Of a stretch of DNA of 64,000 nucleotides, positions 12,780 to 24,872 are shown in pieces. Source of the stretch: Lama guanicoe (lineage: Eukaryota); contig MU053758.1 of assembly GCA_013239625.1 (NCBI GenBank), forward strand, positions 1,054,001 through 1,118,000. The letters run 5' to 3'. A program made the translations under genes and the position numbers. Position 1 is the first letter of the stretch. Each line of letters opens with the position of its first letter. The notes below the pieces were generated by a model. That model saw only the letters and a program-made list of their open reading frames with translations. It was not told the DNA's origin and made no database searches.

Positions 12780-15130
12780 GACCGCGGAATTCCTATGCTG
12801 GCAATTACCCTGGGCACTAGAGCCCTGCAAGCTCGCCATGGCTAGGCCCGGATGCTAGGGGCGAGGAAGCCAGTGGCCAGGTCCACCGTGCATTTGTGTC
12901 CAGAGCACCCGGTGCGCCTGAGGGTGTGAAGAATTGCAGGTTCAGAGGGAGAGACGGGCGGAGGAGGATCCTAGGGGCAAATGCGAATGGAGTGACTATC
13001 GGGGCGACACGACTCCCCTTCTCTCTCCATCCCAGAACCTCTCCCTTTCTCCCTTTCTCTGACACGTACACTTTCTGCATCCTGTACAGAAGTCCGCAAG
13101 AGTGTCTAACGTTACGCCCCAGCCAGCTCGGTTCCCTCCATCTCTGCAGCCGAGGGTCCACGTCCCGCCCCGGCTCCGCCCCTCGATGTTGCCCACCGCC
13201 AAGGGGAGCGCCGTCCCAGGACCGTATCCGCGATCCTATAGCGCCACCTAGAGGGAAAAGCGCTCCCGCAGGGCCCGCTCCCCCTATTAACTCCGCCCCC
13301 AGGGCGGGGCCGACCCTTGCTCCAGCGAGTTAATCGCTGGCCTCCCACCCGCGTGGCAGGGCGTTGTCCCAGCAACCAGCACGCTGAGCCCGCCCTGCTA
13401 GCTCCCAGCCAGCTTGGGCTCACGAATTTCCGCCAGTGGTTGCAGAAAAAAGTCGGCGAACCCTGGGTGTTAATAGAGGCAGTCACTGCGGGTTATCACA
13501 TCCTGCATTATAAAACTCTCCAGGATTGGATATTTATAATGGGCATGACTACTTCTGTAATTGGAGAAAATGAAAAAGATATAGTTACGTAAACAAATAG
13601 ATTGTAAATACTGCGTACATAACCATTCCAGTAAATAATGTAAAAAGGCAACTCCAAAAGGGGGAAAAAAAAGAGTATGCAATTAAATGCTGTAGAGTTC
13701 AGGAGCCAGTGTAGCGACGGGAAATGAGAAATTTTCCAGAAATACTTTGGCAAAAGTGCGGCCTCATCCGGTGCCCGGCTCCATCCACCTCCTGTAAACA
13801 ACCGCGAGAACCGGAGGGGCAAATTTTCTTCCTAGGAACCCGGCCGCGCCCACCCGGGTTCTGCAATTCCAATTGTGCAGGGACTGGACTGGAAAGGCCT
13901 GGCGCTTTGCACAAAATGGTTCACCGAATCCTATGGACTATGCGATGCTATCCCCATTTTATGGAGGGGCACACGAGGCTCTGAAAGGTTAAAGTATTTC
14001 CAACAGTTTTCTCAGAGCCGGGCTCGGGAGGGGGAATTGCTGAGAAGGGTGGATTTCCCGCACTTTCTGCCCTAGGGCTGTCCGAACCCCTCGCCCACAC
14101 AGGGATTGTACCGGCTTAAGAGGAATGAGCCGAGGGGGCATGGCAGTGGGGAGAGGCGACCAGAGAGCTGTCCCCGCCAGCTGTGGCCAAGGACTTCGGG
14201 GAAAGTGGCCGCAGCGAAGCAGCCAACCCACGCCGGGAGGCGGGGAGAGGGCAGCGCAGAGGGCTGCGCAGAATCGCGGGGAGACCCAGAGAGCCTGGAA
14301 GGGCAGGGGCGCCGCCCCTTCCCGGGGATGCCAAGTTTACAGGCCCGGCTTTCCCGGGGCTGAGGCGAAGGGCCCACGCGCCCCTGGCCCCTCCTCGGCG
14401 CCCGCAGCCCCGCAGAGCCGCCAGAAAGGAGGGCCTGGCAGTCTGCCTCGAGCTCTGTCCGCTGGTCCCGGCCATCCCCTCGCCCCTCCGACGTCTAATG
14501 AGCGCGGCCTCGGGCGCGAGCCTGCGGGCGCGGAGGGTAGCGTGGAGCTGGCGCCGGCGGGGGCGCCGTCTGCCCGCGACCGGTTTTCGGGAAGGGCAGT
14601 TGGCGGTTCCGGGCTGGAGAGGCCCCCGGGGCCTGCCTTCCCGTCTGCTCTCAACCCCGGGGCCCCTCCCCGCCTTTCTGCGCTCGTGGACTACTCAGTG
14701 GGTCTCGAGTATCTGTGGGGAATAGGGCTTAAGGGCGCTCCCTTTCCTCCTGCTGAATTGGCATCAGGGAACTTCAGAAAGAGCCCCAGGGGCTCAGGCC
14801 CAGACAGAGGGCGTACACCGAAGCACTGGCCGGGGCTCGGGTGCAGGGGGAACGCCAGCCACACCTAGACCGGGCTGGGGACACAGAGGTAGTAACGTCA
14901 AGCCCTCGAACCCCCTCTTTACCACCCTGAGCCCTTGGCCCCCTCTTTGACTCCACACGCCCCCTGCTTTCCGGCCATTGGCTGGCAGGAAGGCAGAGCT
15001 GGTCGGATTGGCCTGCATCCGGACAGTGATGGATGGCTCCGTGATGGATGGCTCCCCGCTGAATGGACCGCGACCGAGAGGGTGTCTGCTTTGGCTAAAG
15101 CGGGACCAACCAGGCCTGAGAGCGGGGTGG
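12780..15130. promoter_or_regulatory. Orphan CpG island(s) downstream of COPZ2
   Basis: CpG-dense blocks at ~12800-13460 and ~13750-14900, GC boxes near 13290-13310 and ATTGG boxes near 14977 and 15007. Confidence 0.7.
13239..13254 (-). promoter_or_regulatory. Candidate CTCF site CCTCTAGGTGGCGCTA
   Basis: Near-consensus CTCF core inside the CpG island. Confidence 0.55.
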
Positions 15131-15357
15131 GGGATGAGCTGGAGGCTGGCCTAAGGCTCAAACTTCTGTGCTCTCAATCTCCCTTTGAACGCTACTGAGA
15201 AAAAAATCTTACCCCTGATGCCTAATAGACATCCTTCAACTCCGGAACCTGATGTAGGCAAAGGTGAATAATTTACCCAAAGTAGTTTGGGCACAACCCT
15301 ATGGACCTCCCTTTCCCTCTTAACTGGATCTCATTCATGTAACAATATTCATGTGCT

Positions 15358-15397
15358 CCGTTCGTTCATTCATTCATTCATTCATTCATTTATTCAA
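15358..15397. repeat. (TTCA)n simple repeat, probably an L2 tail
   Basis: Direct reading. Confidence 0.75.
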
Positions 15398-16890
15398 ATA
15401 TTTGAGTTTTTGCCAGGAGCCAGGCATTAGGGAAAGAAAGGGAGGGAGATGGATTAGCAAGTGACTGGGCCCAAATGTGGCAGTGGGGTAGGGGTAGAAG
15501 GTTGAAAGGAGAGAGATTCAAGGACTATTTCAAGGTAGAAATACCTTCTGAAAATTAAATGGTGTTCTTTGTCTTGCTCTAAGTGGTGGTAAAAATTCAC
15601 AGAGCTTACACTTAAGACATGTTCTTTCCTGTAGGTAAGTCATTACTTCAATTAAAAAAAAAGAAAAAAGTAATCAAATTGCCACCAATTTTACTCTACG
15701 GTCAACATTTGTATGGTCTTCATCTGTTTCCTAATCTCTTCTTTATCTCTATCAACTAAAACCAGAAAATATCAGATGAGGATCTGAAGAAATGAGTGAT
15801 TATGAAATACATGTAGACTTTATACTGTACATACAGACGAATGCTGCCCCTCAAAATGGACTCTCTGGTAAAGAAAAGCAGTGTTGATAAAAACAATAAT
15901 AGTAGTAGTAAAATAAAGTTTCTTTTGGAATAAATTATTTCAATAGACATTTACTAACTGGCTGTTCTGAGCCAGACACCTTGCTGGGGGTTGGTGGGAG
16001 CTTCTAAGGTAAATTGGAAGACACAGTTCCTGACCCAACAAGGTCACAACTTGACTGGGAAAAAGTTGTATATGCAGAAATTATAAGCGTTGACAGAGGA
16101 GATGGTGTGTTACGTAGTATTTGATAGAAGGAAGTTGGGGAAAGAGACGCTACAAAGGGAGAGATAGTATAAGCAAAGCAAAGAGGCAGAGAATCTCCGT
16201 CAGGAACTGCAGGCAGGCACAGGCAGCCCAAATGGAGGATGGGTGTCTCTGTGGGAGGCTGGGGTGTGTTGAGACATAAAGCTTCTCCCTCAACAAGTAG
16301 TGACTGGATCAATGTGAGCACTGAATGCCATGCTAAAGAATCTGCTCTTTACTGAGTTGACTACTCTGTGCACCTTAGAAATACTGTTGTCTTCAAAACA
16401 ACCTAACTAAATGGACTCTGTTAGCCCTGTTTTTACAATTGAGGGACCAAGAATTTGGATAATTTGCCTCAGGGCCCAGGTGAGATTTTTAAACCCAAAC
16501 TGGTCTGTCTTCATTGCCTACTGCTCTTTGCCCCAACCACAAGAGCTTGGTTTGTATTCTGGAGGTGATAGGGAGCATTAAAGATTTTCAAGCAGTTACA
16601 TGATATCGATTCTGCGTTTTGCAAGGAACTCTGCCAGCAACGTGGAATGTGGATTGAAGAAGGAAATAAGAATTTAGGGTCAGGGCAAGACACACAGAAG
16701 ACAATCATTTTCATTATAATCACTTCTCACTCTTTATCTAAACAGTGCCATCCAGCTTGTTTGTGCATCTTGTCACCAAACAGCTTGCAAAAATCAAGTC
16801 CACTCAGAGTTTGAAGAGTTAGTGCTTTTGAATTCATTCAGATAATTTCAGGCAATCATTCCACAACAGGGCTTCCAAAGGGACCATTTT

Positions 16891-17030
16891 GGGGGGAGGG
16901 CATAGCTCAGTGGTAGAGCACATACTTAGCATGCACGAGGTCCTGGGTTCAATCCCCAGTACCTCCACAGACAAATAAACAAATAAATCTAATTATTGCT
17001 CCCCCCCCCAAAAAACAGCAACAACAAAAA
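16891..17030 (+). mobile_element. Full-length tRNA-derived SINE (camelid Vic-1-like)
   Basis: A-box TAGCTCAGTGGTAGAGC, B-box GGTTCAATCCC, A-rich tail and imperfect TSD (AAGGGACCATTTT / AAGAGACCACTTTT). Confidence 0.85.
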
Positions 17031-17109
17031 AAGAGACCACTTTGTTATGGATGATGATTTGACATTTACATTCTGAAAGTATGTTAAAAAGTAATAAATC
17101 AGTAACATA

Positions 17110-17342
17110 CCAGTGGGGAAAGGGAAAGGGAAGGGGGAGGGGCAAAATAGGGGTAGAGGATTAAGAAGTACAAACTACTACGTGTAAAATAAATAAACTA
17201 CAAGGATATATTGTACCGCACAGGGAATAACTCCAACATTTTATAACTATAATGGAGCATAACCTTTAAAAATTGTGAATCACTATGTTGTACACCTGAA
17301 ACTCCTATAATATTATACATCACCTACACCTCAATAAAAATA
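17110..17342 (+). mobile_element. LINE1 3' end fragment
   Basis: L1 3'UTR motifs GTACAAACTACTA, CAAGGATATATTGTAC and CACTATGTTGTACACCTGAAAC, ending in AATAAAAA. Confidence 0.8.
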
Positions 17343-17998
17343 TTTTAAGTAATAAATCCACTTTACAGTTTATGTATTTGGTGACCTCTTATCACCCTCA
17401 CTTATGCTCATTCTAAAAATAGACAAAGACACACACACACAGATCAAATAAAGGAAAAAGAAATAACAAGAGAGATCTGATTCCATTTGACCAGAGCCCC
17501 AATTTCTCTTTATCAAGACACCTGATTTTTAAGGCATTGAAAATATGTATCTTATTCTCATGGCTGCAATGGGCCCTCACCCAGGAAAACTTGGGGATGG
17601 AAGAAAGCTCTGAAAGTCATGGAGGCTATGCCCCTGCTTCCAGGCAACAGCTTCTTAGTGATTGACAGGGGTTCCTGGGGTGGGTATGTTGGGGACATAT
17701 GGGGACATATGTGGAGACATGGGTTCACTGATGGAATGACTGAAAGAGACTGGCCCCAGCTGCTCCTAGGTCTCCATGGATTAGGGATCATCCCTACCAC
17801 GCGGGAGGGTCCAGCCCTGTGGACGGTTAGAGGGCACCTGGAACATTCTCTCCTAAGAAATGGCTGGGAAAGTCCATAATTCAGAACTCTTGGTTATGGG
17901 GAAGCAAATGAGATTCAAAACAAAACAAAACTTCCAAAACCAAGAAATATCAGCATTCTTTGATTGATTGTAAATAGAATGGGCTCTCACAGGTCTGC

Positions 17999-18014
17999 CC
18001 AGAAGATGGCGCCA
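17999..18014 (+). promoter_or_regulatory. Candidate CTCF/YY1 site CCAGAAGATGGCGCCA
   Basis: CTCF core with one mismatch, overlapping the YY1 core AAGATGGCG. Confidence 0.4.
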
Positions 18015-20100
18015 GAAGACAAGCCCACTTCCTTCCTGGCCAAGCTGGGATCAGGATGGGGCTGTGGAAGGGCGTGCAAGAACCCGCTCTAGCAGGCATC
18101 TCTACCACCTACGGGAGGCAGTTATTCCCACAGGGCTGAGTATTGGAGTCCATTCCTAGAGATCCCCTAGACCACAGAGCAGAACCTTGCCAGGGAACTG
18201 GGGGATGGTGGTGTTGGGGGGAGGGTTTGGAGAGATGTGGAGCACCTTCGCCGGGTAGGAGCAGGGGAGAGACTAGGATCTGGGCACGGGCAATTGTGCT
18301 GAGAACACAGGGCCTCCGATGAGTACACTGTCAAGAAAGCCAGACCCCACCCCCACCCTTTTGAACACTTCAGATTTGGAAGTTGGGTGATCCTGGGAGA
18401 ACAAGCAAAAGACCCTCAGACAAGGAAAGTGAAGCTTAAAGGATGACTTACCAGGTGTCACACAGCTAACAAGTGACAGAGCTGGGACAGCAATGAGGGT
18501 TCCTGAAACTCTGCTCACCTCCGTATGCCCCACTGCCCCCATGCTCTCTGCAGAGCATCAGAACCTAACATTTATACATAGAATTCTCAGGACAAGGAGT
18601 ACCTTCTTGGGCAATTTTTTAAAAGTGGGGCTTACTCATTCAAAACCCCAATTCACATTTTCTTTTCATGTTTTCAATCAGATTTATTGAGGTACAATTT
18701 ACATACATTAAAATCCATGTATTTTAAATCTACATTTCAGTGAGTATTAACACCTGTCTATAGGTTCATACAGTTCCAAGGCACACCAACTCAATTGTGT
18801 TTTTTTTTTAAATAATGAAATTAATAAATGAATGTCATCGACTGCATTTATTTTCAAACAAAGAAAGGAGAACTTATACACAAAAGGCAGAATATGCACA
18901 GGTTTCTTTAAATAGGATTAATATAAATAACTCACACTTGTCAAGTTCTGTAAAAGAATTCTGTTTCCTCCACATTTGTAATTGTATTTAAACTCCCTAC
19001 TGCTGTGAGGTAGGCTGGTATGTCATCCCCACTTGACAGGTGGGAAAACTGAAGCTGCTTTCTGGTCCTGGGAGCAAAAGCAGTGAGGTCTGAAGTCCCA
19101 CGGGCTTTACTTTGAAGAAATCTCTTTCTTCTGTTAGGGCACTGCCCTGGACCCAGCGGGCCTGCCTTCCTGTTTGTTCCCAGTGAGCCCAGAATGTTTG
19201 CTGGAACCAGCAAGATGGAGCACCATGACTGACAAAATGGCTGGGATTAGGCTAACGGGTATGTGAGCGGAGGAAAGAGATGGAGAATCAGATCACACTT
19301 CCCTAGATTCCAGTAGAAGCTTTGGGTGCAGTACTGAAATGAATCAGAGAAGGTAAGAATCCTGGAAAGCCTTGGAGAACACTGTGCCAACCCCCCTTCC
19401 CACCTTTCCTCTCAATGAGAATTAGGATGCAGGGCATCTGTCTCCAAGCAACAAGGATGAAACAAGTGTTTACGGAGGCTGCAGAAGCATGCCAGGATGC
19501 TAATCAAGGCACAGAATGAATTTTTGGACCTGAGATTAATACTACTCCATCCTGAAAAGCTGGGGGGGAAAGAAGTGTATGTCTCTAGCTCTGTATCTCC
19601 TTTGTCCTAGGGTTGCATTTGGAGTCTCCTTTAAGTTCTAGCTGAATAAATTGAGAGGAGATAAGATGCAGCTGGTAGGAAAGAGACAAAGAGGGGCTAG
19701 GAAGGCAAGGAGGAAGTGGCAGGGGAGAGATGGGGTGGGAGGCTAGAGACAGCCCAGGGCTTGGGAAGCCTCTTGCCTGCCCTGCTGCGTGCACGCACAA
19801 ACATCCCCTCCAACATCCCCGCCAGAGGACGCTTAGATTAAAGCTCAGACCCTGGGCAGCAGCAGGGAGGGGGGAATTGGGGTGTCCCAGGGCAGATCAG
19901 CTCATTGGAACTATTTGTAGAGTCAGAGGCTCAGAGGCTCCTGTGTACAAGCTGCTTAGATCTCTGGCTGGCAAGAGAAATAAGGAGCCTCCCTGATGAC
20001 AATCTTTCTCCTCCTCTTTCTGACTCTTCTTCCTTCCACTCTTCTTAAACCTACTGAATCCCTTAGGCAGCTGGGATCAACATAAGCTAGAGGCTGATCC

Positions 20101-20530
20101 GTGTACAAGGGAAATAGGGGAGCCTGGAAACAGCAGAACCTGGGAGAGGAATCCGTGTACAGGGCAAATGAGGGAAGCCTGAAAACGGCTGAATCTAGGG
20201 AGATGGAACTGCCTAGTGAGAGAGCAAGGGGGTTCTGGAAACTGCCGGACCCAGGGAGGCCAATTTGTGTACCGGGGAAACATGGGGGAACCTGGAAACA
20301 GCAGGATCTGGGGAGACAGTTCGTGTACAGGGGGGCAGAGAGAGAAGCCTGAAAACAGTCGAATCTGGGGAGACAGATTCGTGTGCAGGGGGAACAAGGG
20401 AAGCCTGGAAACCGCACAATCTGGGGAGATGGGGCAGTGTACAGTGGAAGCTAGGGCAGTCTGAAAACAGGGGCTCTCGGGATGAATCTGTGCGGAATTA
20501 CAGCACCAGGATGGGGGAGCCTGGGGAACC
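20101..20530. repeat. Diverged ~56-bp tandem repeat, 7-8 units
   Basis: Unit starts at 20101, 20155, ~20211, 20267, 20323, 20381, 20437 and 20490. Recurrent motifs GTGTAC, CTGRAAAC and ATCTGGGGAGA. Confidence 0.85.
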
Positions 20531-22429
20531 TGATGAGGCAAACGGGGGCAGGCAGACAGGCAAGCACAAGAGTGGTCTGAAAGGCAGTTGTGTGGAATGG
20601 GGGGCACAGTGGAACCCCCCTCCTAGTAGGTTTGAGTTAGACTCCCTCACAGCCCCTTCTTCTAGACAGGGCAGGGTAAGGGAGTAGATCTCCAATGGGG
20701 ACCCAAGATTTCACATGGCAAGAAGAGTGTGGGCAGTTGCTGCCCTGGTCCTAAAATGAGCAGTCTGGAGTTCCCTAGGGGATTGGGGGCGGGGGTGTTG
20801 GAGGGCGTGGGGATGAGGAGGTTGACGGAACTGCGTTGCCCCCCATCACCCTCTTCTTCCCCACCCCTCTCTGAGAGGGACAGGTCTCTTTCTCCCCATC
20901 ACCAACCAGCCTGACCTCTCCCCCAACCGGTTCACTTCTGAGTGACAGACAAAGACAGAGCTGCAGACAATCGACTGAGGGAGGCCCCACAAAAGCTCCC
21001 TCCCCACCCACCACCCCCAGAGGGGCCCTGGGCTAACCAGCCAATGGGAGCTGTCACTCCAGTAGTGCTGCCTTCAGGTGACAAGCCTTCAGGAGACAGG
21101 GTGACGTGGGGCTTGGAAGGGCCTGAGATTTTTGGGATTCTCCCTGTGCCTCTTGGAAACCAGTTTCCCAGCCAGTTGCCTCTGAGAGAGGAAGGTGGGG
21201 GGGCACCAGGGGCCCCCATGGCAAACAGCAGAGACTGCTTCTACTCTTGGCTAACTGTGGGATCTTGGGCCAGTTATGACCCCTCTCTGTCTATGTCTTC
21301 TCATCCTTTGACAGATAAAGATTGTTCTAGATCTCTAAAGGTCCTCCGGCTCTAACATGAGGATTCCTGGTCGACTCAGGAGACAGGGCCTCAAGTAGCA
21401 TTTCTTCTTATTCGCTGATATTGTTCAGGACTTTGCAGGCAAACCCTGGGGGGACACTGGCGTTTTGAACATCGTGGGAGTGTTTAAGTGAGCTTTCCCT
21501 AGCGTGGTTGAGAACTTCAACACTTCTTGACACTCTGAGAGTTTCCCTCCTTTAAGGAAAATTGTTTTTGCTCTAACCACCTTGCATTTCCTGGCTTGTG
21601 GTTTAGCCCGGAATGTGGACTCTGCCCTCTGTCCCACATGTTTTGCTTTGATTCCATGCTGGCCTCATCCCCAGCCCCTGTGCCCACGTGTGTCCACTTT
21701 TGCCTGCGGCCTCTGTTAATACCCTGTTTCTCCTGAAGCCAGCGATGCTTGGAAAGGGGGCTATGTTTGGGGTTTTGGAATAAAGTCTCAAAGTCTGAGG
21801 GAGAGGACCCTCCTCCCCCAATAGAGAGATCTCCAAGTACCCCAAGGCCCTGAGGCCTCACAACTGCCTCTTGACCACTGCCAAGCCTGGAGAAGGTACA
21901 TGTGTACTGCTTGTAAGGCTGCGGGCTGGGAGTGTAGCTGAGACCACCTATAGATCTACAGACCACCAGGCCTGGCAGCCTGGAGAGCACACTGTGAATG
22001 TGATGGAGAGAGGGTCAAATTAACACAGTCCTATGTCAGGCCAGGCCTGCAATATTTGAGTAACAGACTTGTGCGTATCCACTCCTGTTAGTCTGAGAAA
22101 CCACTGGGTTTAACATAGGAGCACGGCTTGGACTGATGATCTGATTGCTCCAGAAACTTCCTCACCTACAGTCTGTGCAGAAGAAATCACTCCTAGCACT
22201 TTCAGAATCAGAATGGAAGGGTCCTGCCCAGGTGGAGAGGGACTAGGGTTGCCTGCCTCACCTCTCTCTTGGGGACCTCGGGTGACCTGCCTCAACATAA
22301 CCAAGAAGGAGGAGGAGGAGGAATCTCCAGGGGACAGTACTGGGAGCTGGACCCTGGGGTTCCAGTGCCACCAAAGATGGCCTCAGGTGCACAGAACCTC
22401 TTCCCAAGGGGGGCCAGTCATTCCTAAAC

Positions 22430-22930
22430 ACGGGCGTGCACGGCCGCTCGCCCACTCTCACCCCCCTTGCTTCAGCACTATGAGGGATGCACCCGCAGTT
22501 CTTAATGAGTCCCAAGGATGTGGGAGCCGGCGGGCTAGAGGGCTGGGCAGAGGAGGGTGGGCGCCGCCGGCGGCAGGGAGGAGGGGGAGGGGATCTGATT
22601 AGAATCCGGGCCGTATGGCGAACGCTGCGGAGATGAAGGTAATCACTGAGCGGGCGAGACAGTGTGCTCGGCGACAGCAGGCGGCCCGACCGTCGCCATG
22701 GCAACCGCGGCCTCCGGGGCGCGCGGCTCTGCGCTGCTCCGCGTCCGCGGCGGAACATCTGCTTTGCACTGGGCTGCTGGGAGCCAGGGGGCGCGGGCGC
22801 GGCTGCTCCCCCTACCCCGCAAAAAAGAAACAAATTAGGCCAACTGTCCAATGAGGGGCCGCAAATGTATTTATTAATGCGAGGGAAAGGTTGTTCCGGA
22901 GCGCAGTTTGATTAATGTTTGAGTCTTCGG
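22430..22930. promoter_or_regulatory. Small CpG island with RFX X-box (GTCGCCATGGCAAC, 22692-22705) and TAAT motifs
   Basis: High CpG density; near-palindromic X-box. Confidence 0.6.
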
Positions 22931-24149
22931 CTTGTCAGTCTGGTTTTGTTTCCCGCAAAAGGGAAAAGGGAGGGGTGGGGTGGGGGGCTGGAAGGGGAGT
23001 GGGGAGGAGAGAGACAACAAAGCGGGAGGGGATGTTAATAGCCAAATAGGCTCTTTTTCATGTTTCCCTCAGCCTGCCACCCTTGATGGATGGCTCAGAC
23101 AGAGACCGGAGCGCATCAGGGAGACGCAAGCCCCTCCGGAGAGCTGGGGGAATGGAGGAGAGGGGGGCTGCTGGAGTCTGGCTGGGGTCTGCGGGGAGGA
23201 AACTCCCGGAGGGCTGCAGGGAAAGGAATGGCCCCAAGAAACAGGCAACTCCTGGAGAAACCGGAGGAAATTTTTGCAAACTGTTTACAAGTCTTCCCTG
23301 TTTGCAAACTGGGGGCCCCGGGACAGTATCGGAGGATGGAGGGCGAGGGTGTATGTCCCCTCTGGGTTACAGGGAGGGCCAAGAAGCTTTCACCAGAGGG
23401 TTCAGGGATGGGAGAAAGGAGCATGGCTCCAAATCCTTCTTTCTTTCCTCCACTGTTCTCTCTTTGCTCTCACCTCCTCTGCCATATTTCCCATCTTCTC
23501 TTTTTGCTCCATCTTCCCTCCTTTCTCTTTGTCTCTTCTGTTGTTTCTTTCCTCCATCTTCCCCTCCTCTCTTGGTGACATCAGCTGTCTGGGATAGGAT
23601 CTGCCTTGCTGAGATGTCTTCTTTGAATAGTCTGAACACATACAATGCATTCTGTTTTGTCTCTTCTGTGGAGGGAACTGAGAGCCCCTTTGGAACCCCA
23701 AACTTGACCTGAATTGTGAGAAAACACAACCCTACTCCTTTTCCATCCCCCCCACCAAATCCTCCTCAGCCCAGCCCACTGGGAATGTGGGGTGGAAGTT
23801 GAAAATTATAGATTCAGAAACACAGGAGCGGGTCCAAAAATGTAGACTGTTTCTCTTTATTATTCTTTGCCTAAAAAAAGCAAAATAAAAAGAAGAATGT
23901 AGTCCTTTAAAGCCCAGGCCAAATTTAAATGTGACTTTGCAGCTCATTTCATTTTCTTCTGTAAGAAAGGATTGAATTTATATGCCTAAAGCGCTTTGCA
24001 AGAGTGAAGTTATTAAACTTAAAAAAGCTGTGTGAGCAGATCAGAGCCTCAGTTTCCTTGGAAGATTTTTATTTCTTATCATCAACATCACAATTATTAT
24101 TATTTAAAGTCTTGGGGTGAGGGTGTAACCATTTTGGTGGCTGAAGAAT

Positions 24150-24395
24150 GGTGGTTTAGAGCCATGGCTCTGAAATTAGACCATCTGGATTGGATCCTGG
24201 TTTTTCCCCTCACTAGTTGGATGACCATGGGCAACTTACTTAGCTTCTCGAGCCCCAGTTTCCTCATCCCCAGTTTAAAGGAGGATTATAATTGTCCCTG
24301 GATCACTGGGTTGTGGAAGGGATAAATTAGATAATCCACACAAAGTGTATAGTACTGTGTCTGATGGTTATTATGTGTTCAATACATGTTGGCTG
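24150..24395 (+). mobile_element. MIR SINE
   Basis: MIR core TGACCATGGGCAACTTACTTAGCTTCTCGAGCCCCAGTTTCCTCATC. Similar decayed MIRs lie near 1985, 4165, 28840, 36300, 37465, 53960 and 58330. Confidence 0.7.
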
Positions 24396-24805
24396 TTATA
24401 TTATTTGGTTATTGAACCTTTTCAAACAAATTCCATGATCACCAACACTGAACATGCATTGTGTTCCAATTATGCAAATGGAAGCATTACATAAACTCGA
24501 AGATGGGAAGAGAGATAAATATGATATCTGCTCTTCAAGAGTTTACACTCTTGTGCCAAGTGCCAAAAAAGTAGTATAAATGCCAGATGCTTTCAACACT
24601 CAACTCTGAGAGAAGGGTCGCAGGACTTGGAGCTTGGGACCCCCCCCCCGAAAGAGCCATGGAACCCAGTCTCTAAGGAAGTGAGGATGGAATGGGGTAG
24701 AGAGGGGAAAGGATGGCAAGAGCAAAGGCCAAGAAGAAGGCTTGCTCATTGATGAGTGAGTTTGGTTGGATCTGAAATGGAAACTTGAGGAGATATGGGG
24801 AGATA

Positions 24806-24872
24806 CGTGTATATATGTGTGAGTGTGTGTGTGTGTGTGTGTATTTTATATATATACATATATATATATATA
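24806..24872. repeat. (GT)n/(TA)n microsatellite
   Basis: Direct reading. Confidence 0.9.

Noticed and set aside
14072..14868. ORFs of up to 247 aa in the orphan CpG island
   Set aside because: Open in several frames on both strands with no recognisable domain, as expected for GC-rich DNA.
16891..16970. tRNA gene
   Set aside because: The tRNA-like head has A and B boxes but carries a SINE tail and TSD and occurs as dispersed diverged copies, so it is a SINE.
20101..20530. 56-bp array as a CRISPR-like locus or a coding repeat
   Set aside because: Mammalian DNA with no cas genes. The variable parts are homologous to each other rather than unique spacers, and most unit lengths are not multiples of three.
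22258..23729. ORFs of 160-220 aa on both strands
   Set aside because: Explained by the CpG islet plus a pyrimidine-rich tract; no recognisable homology or exon structure.
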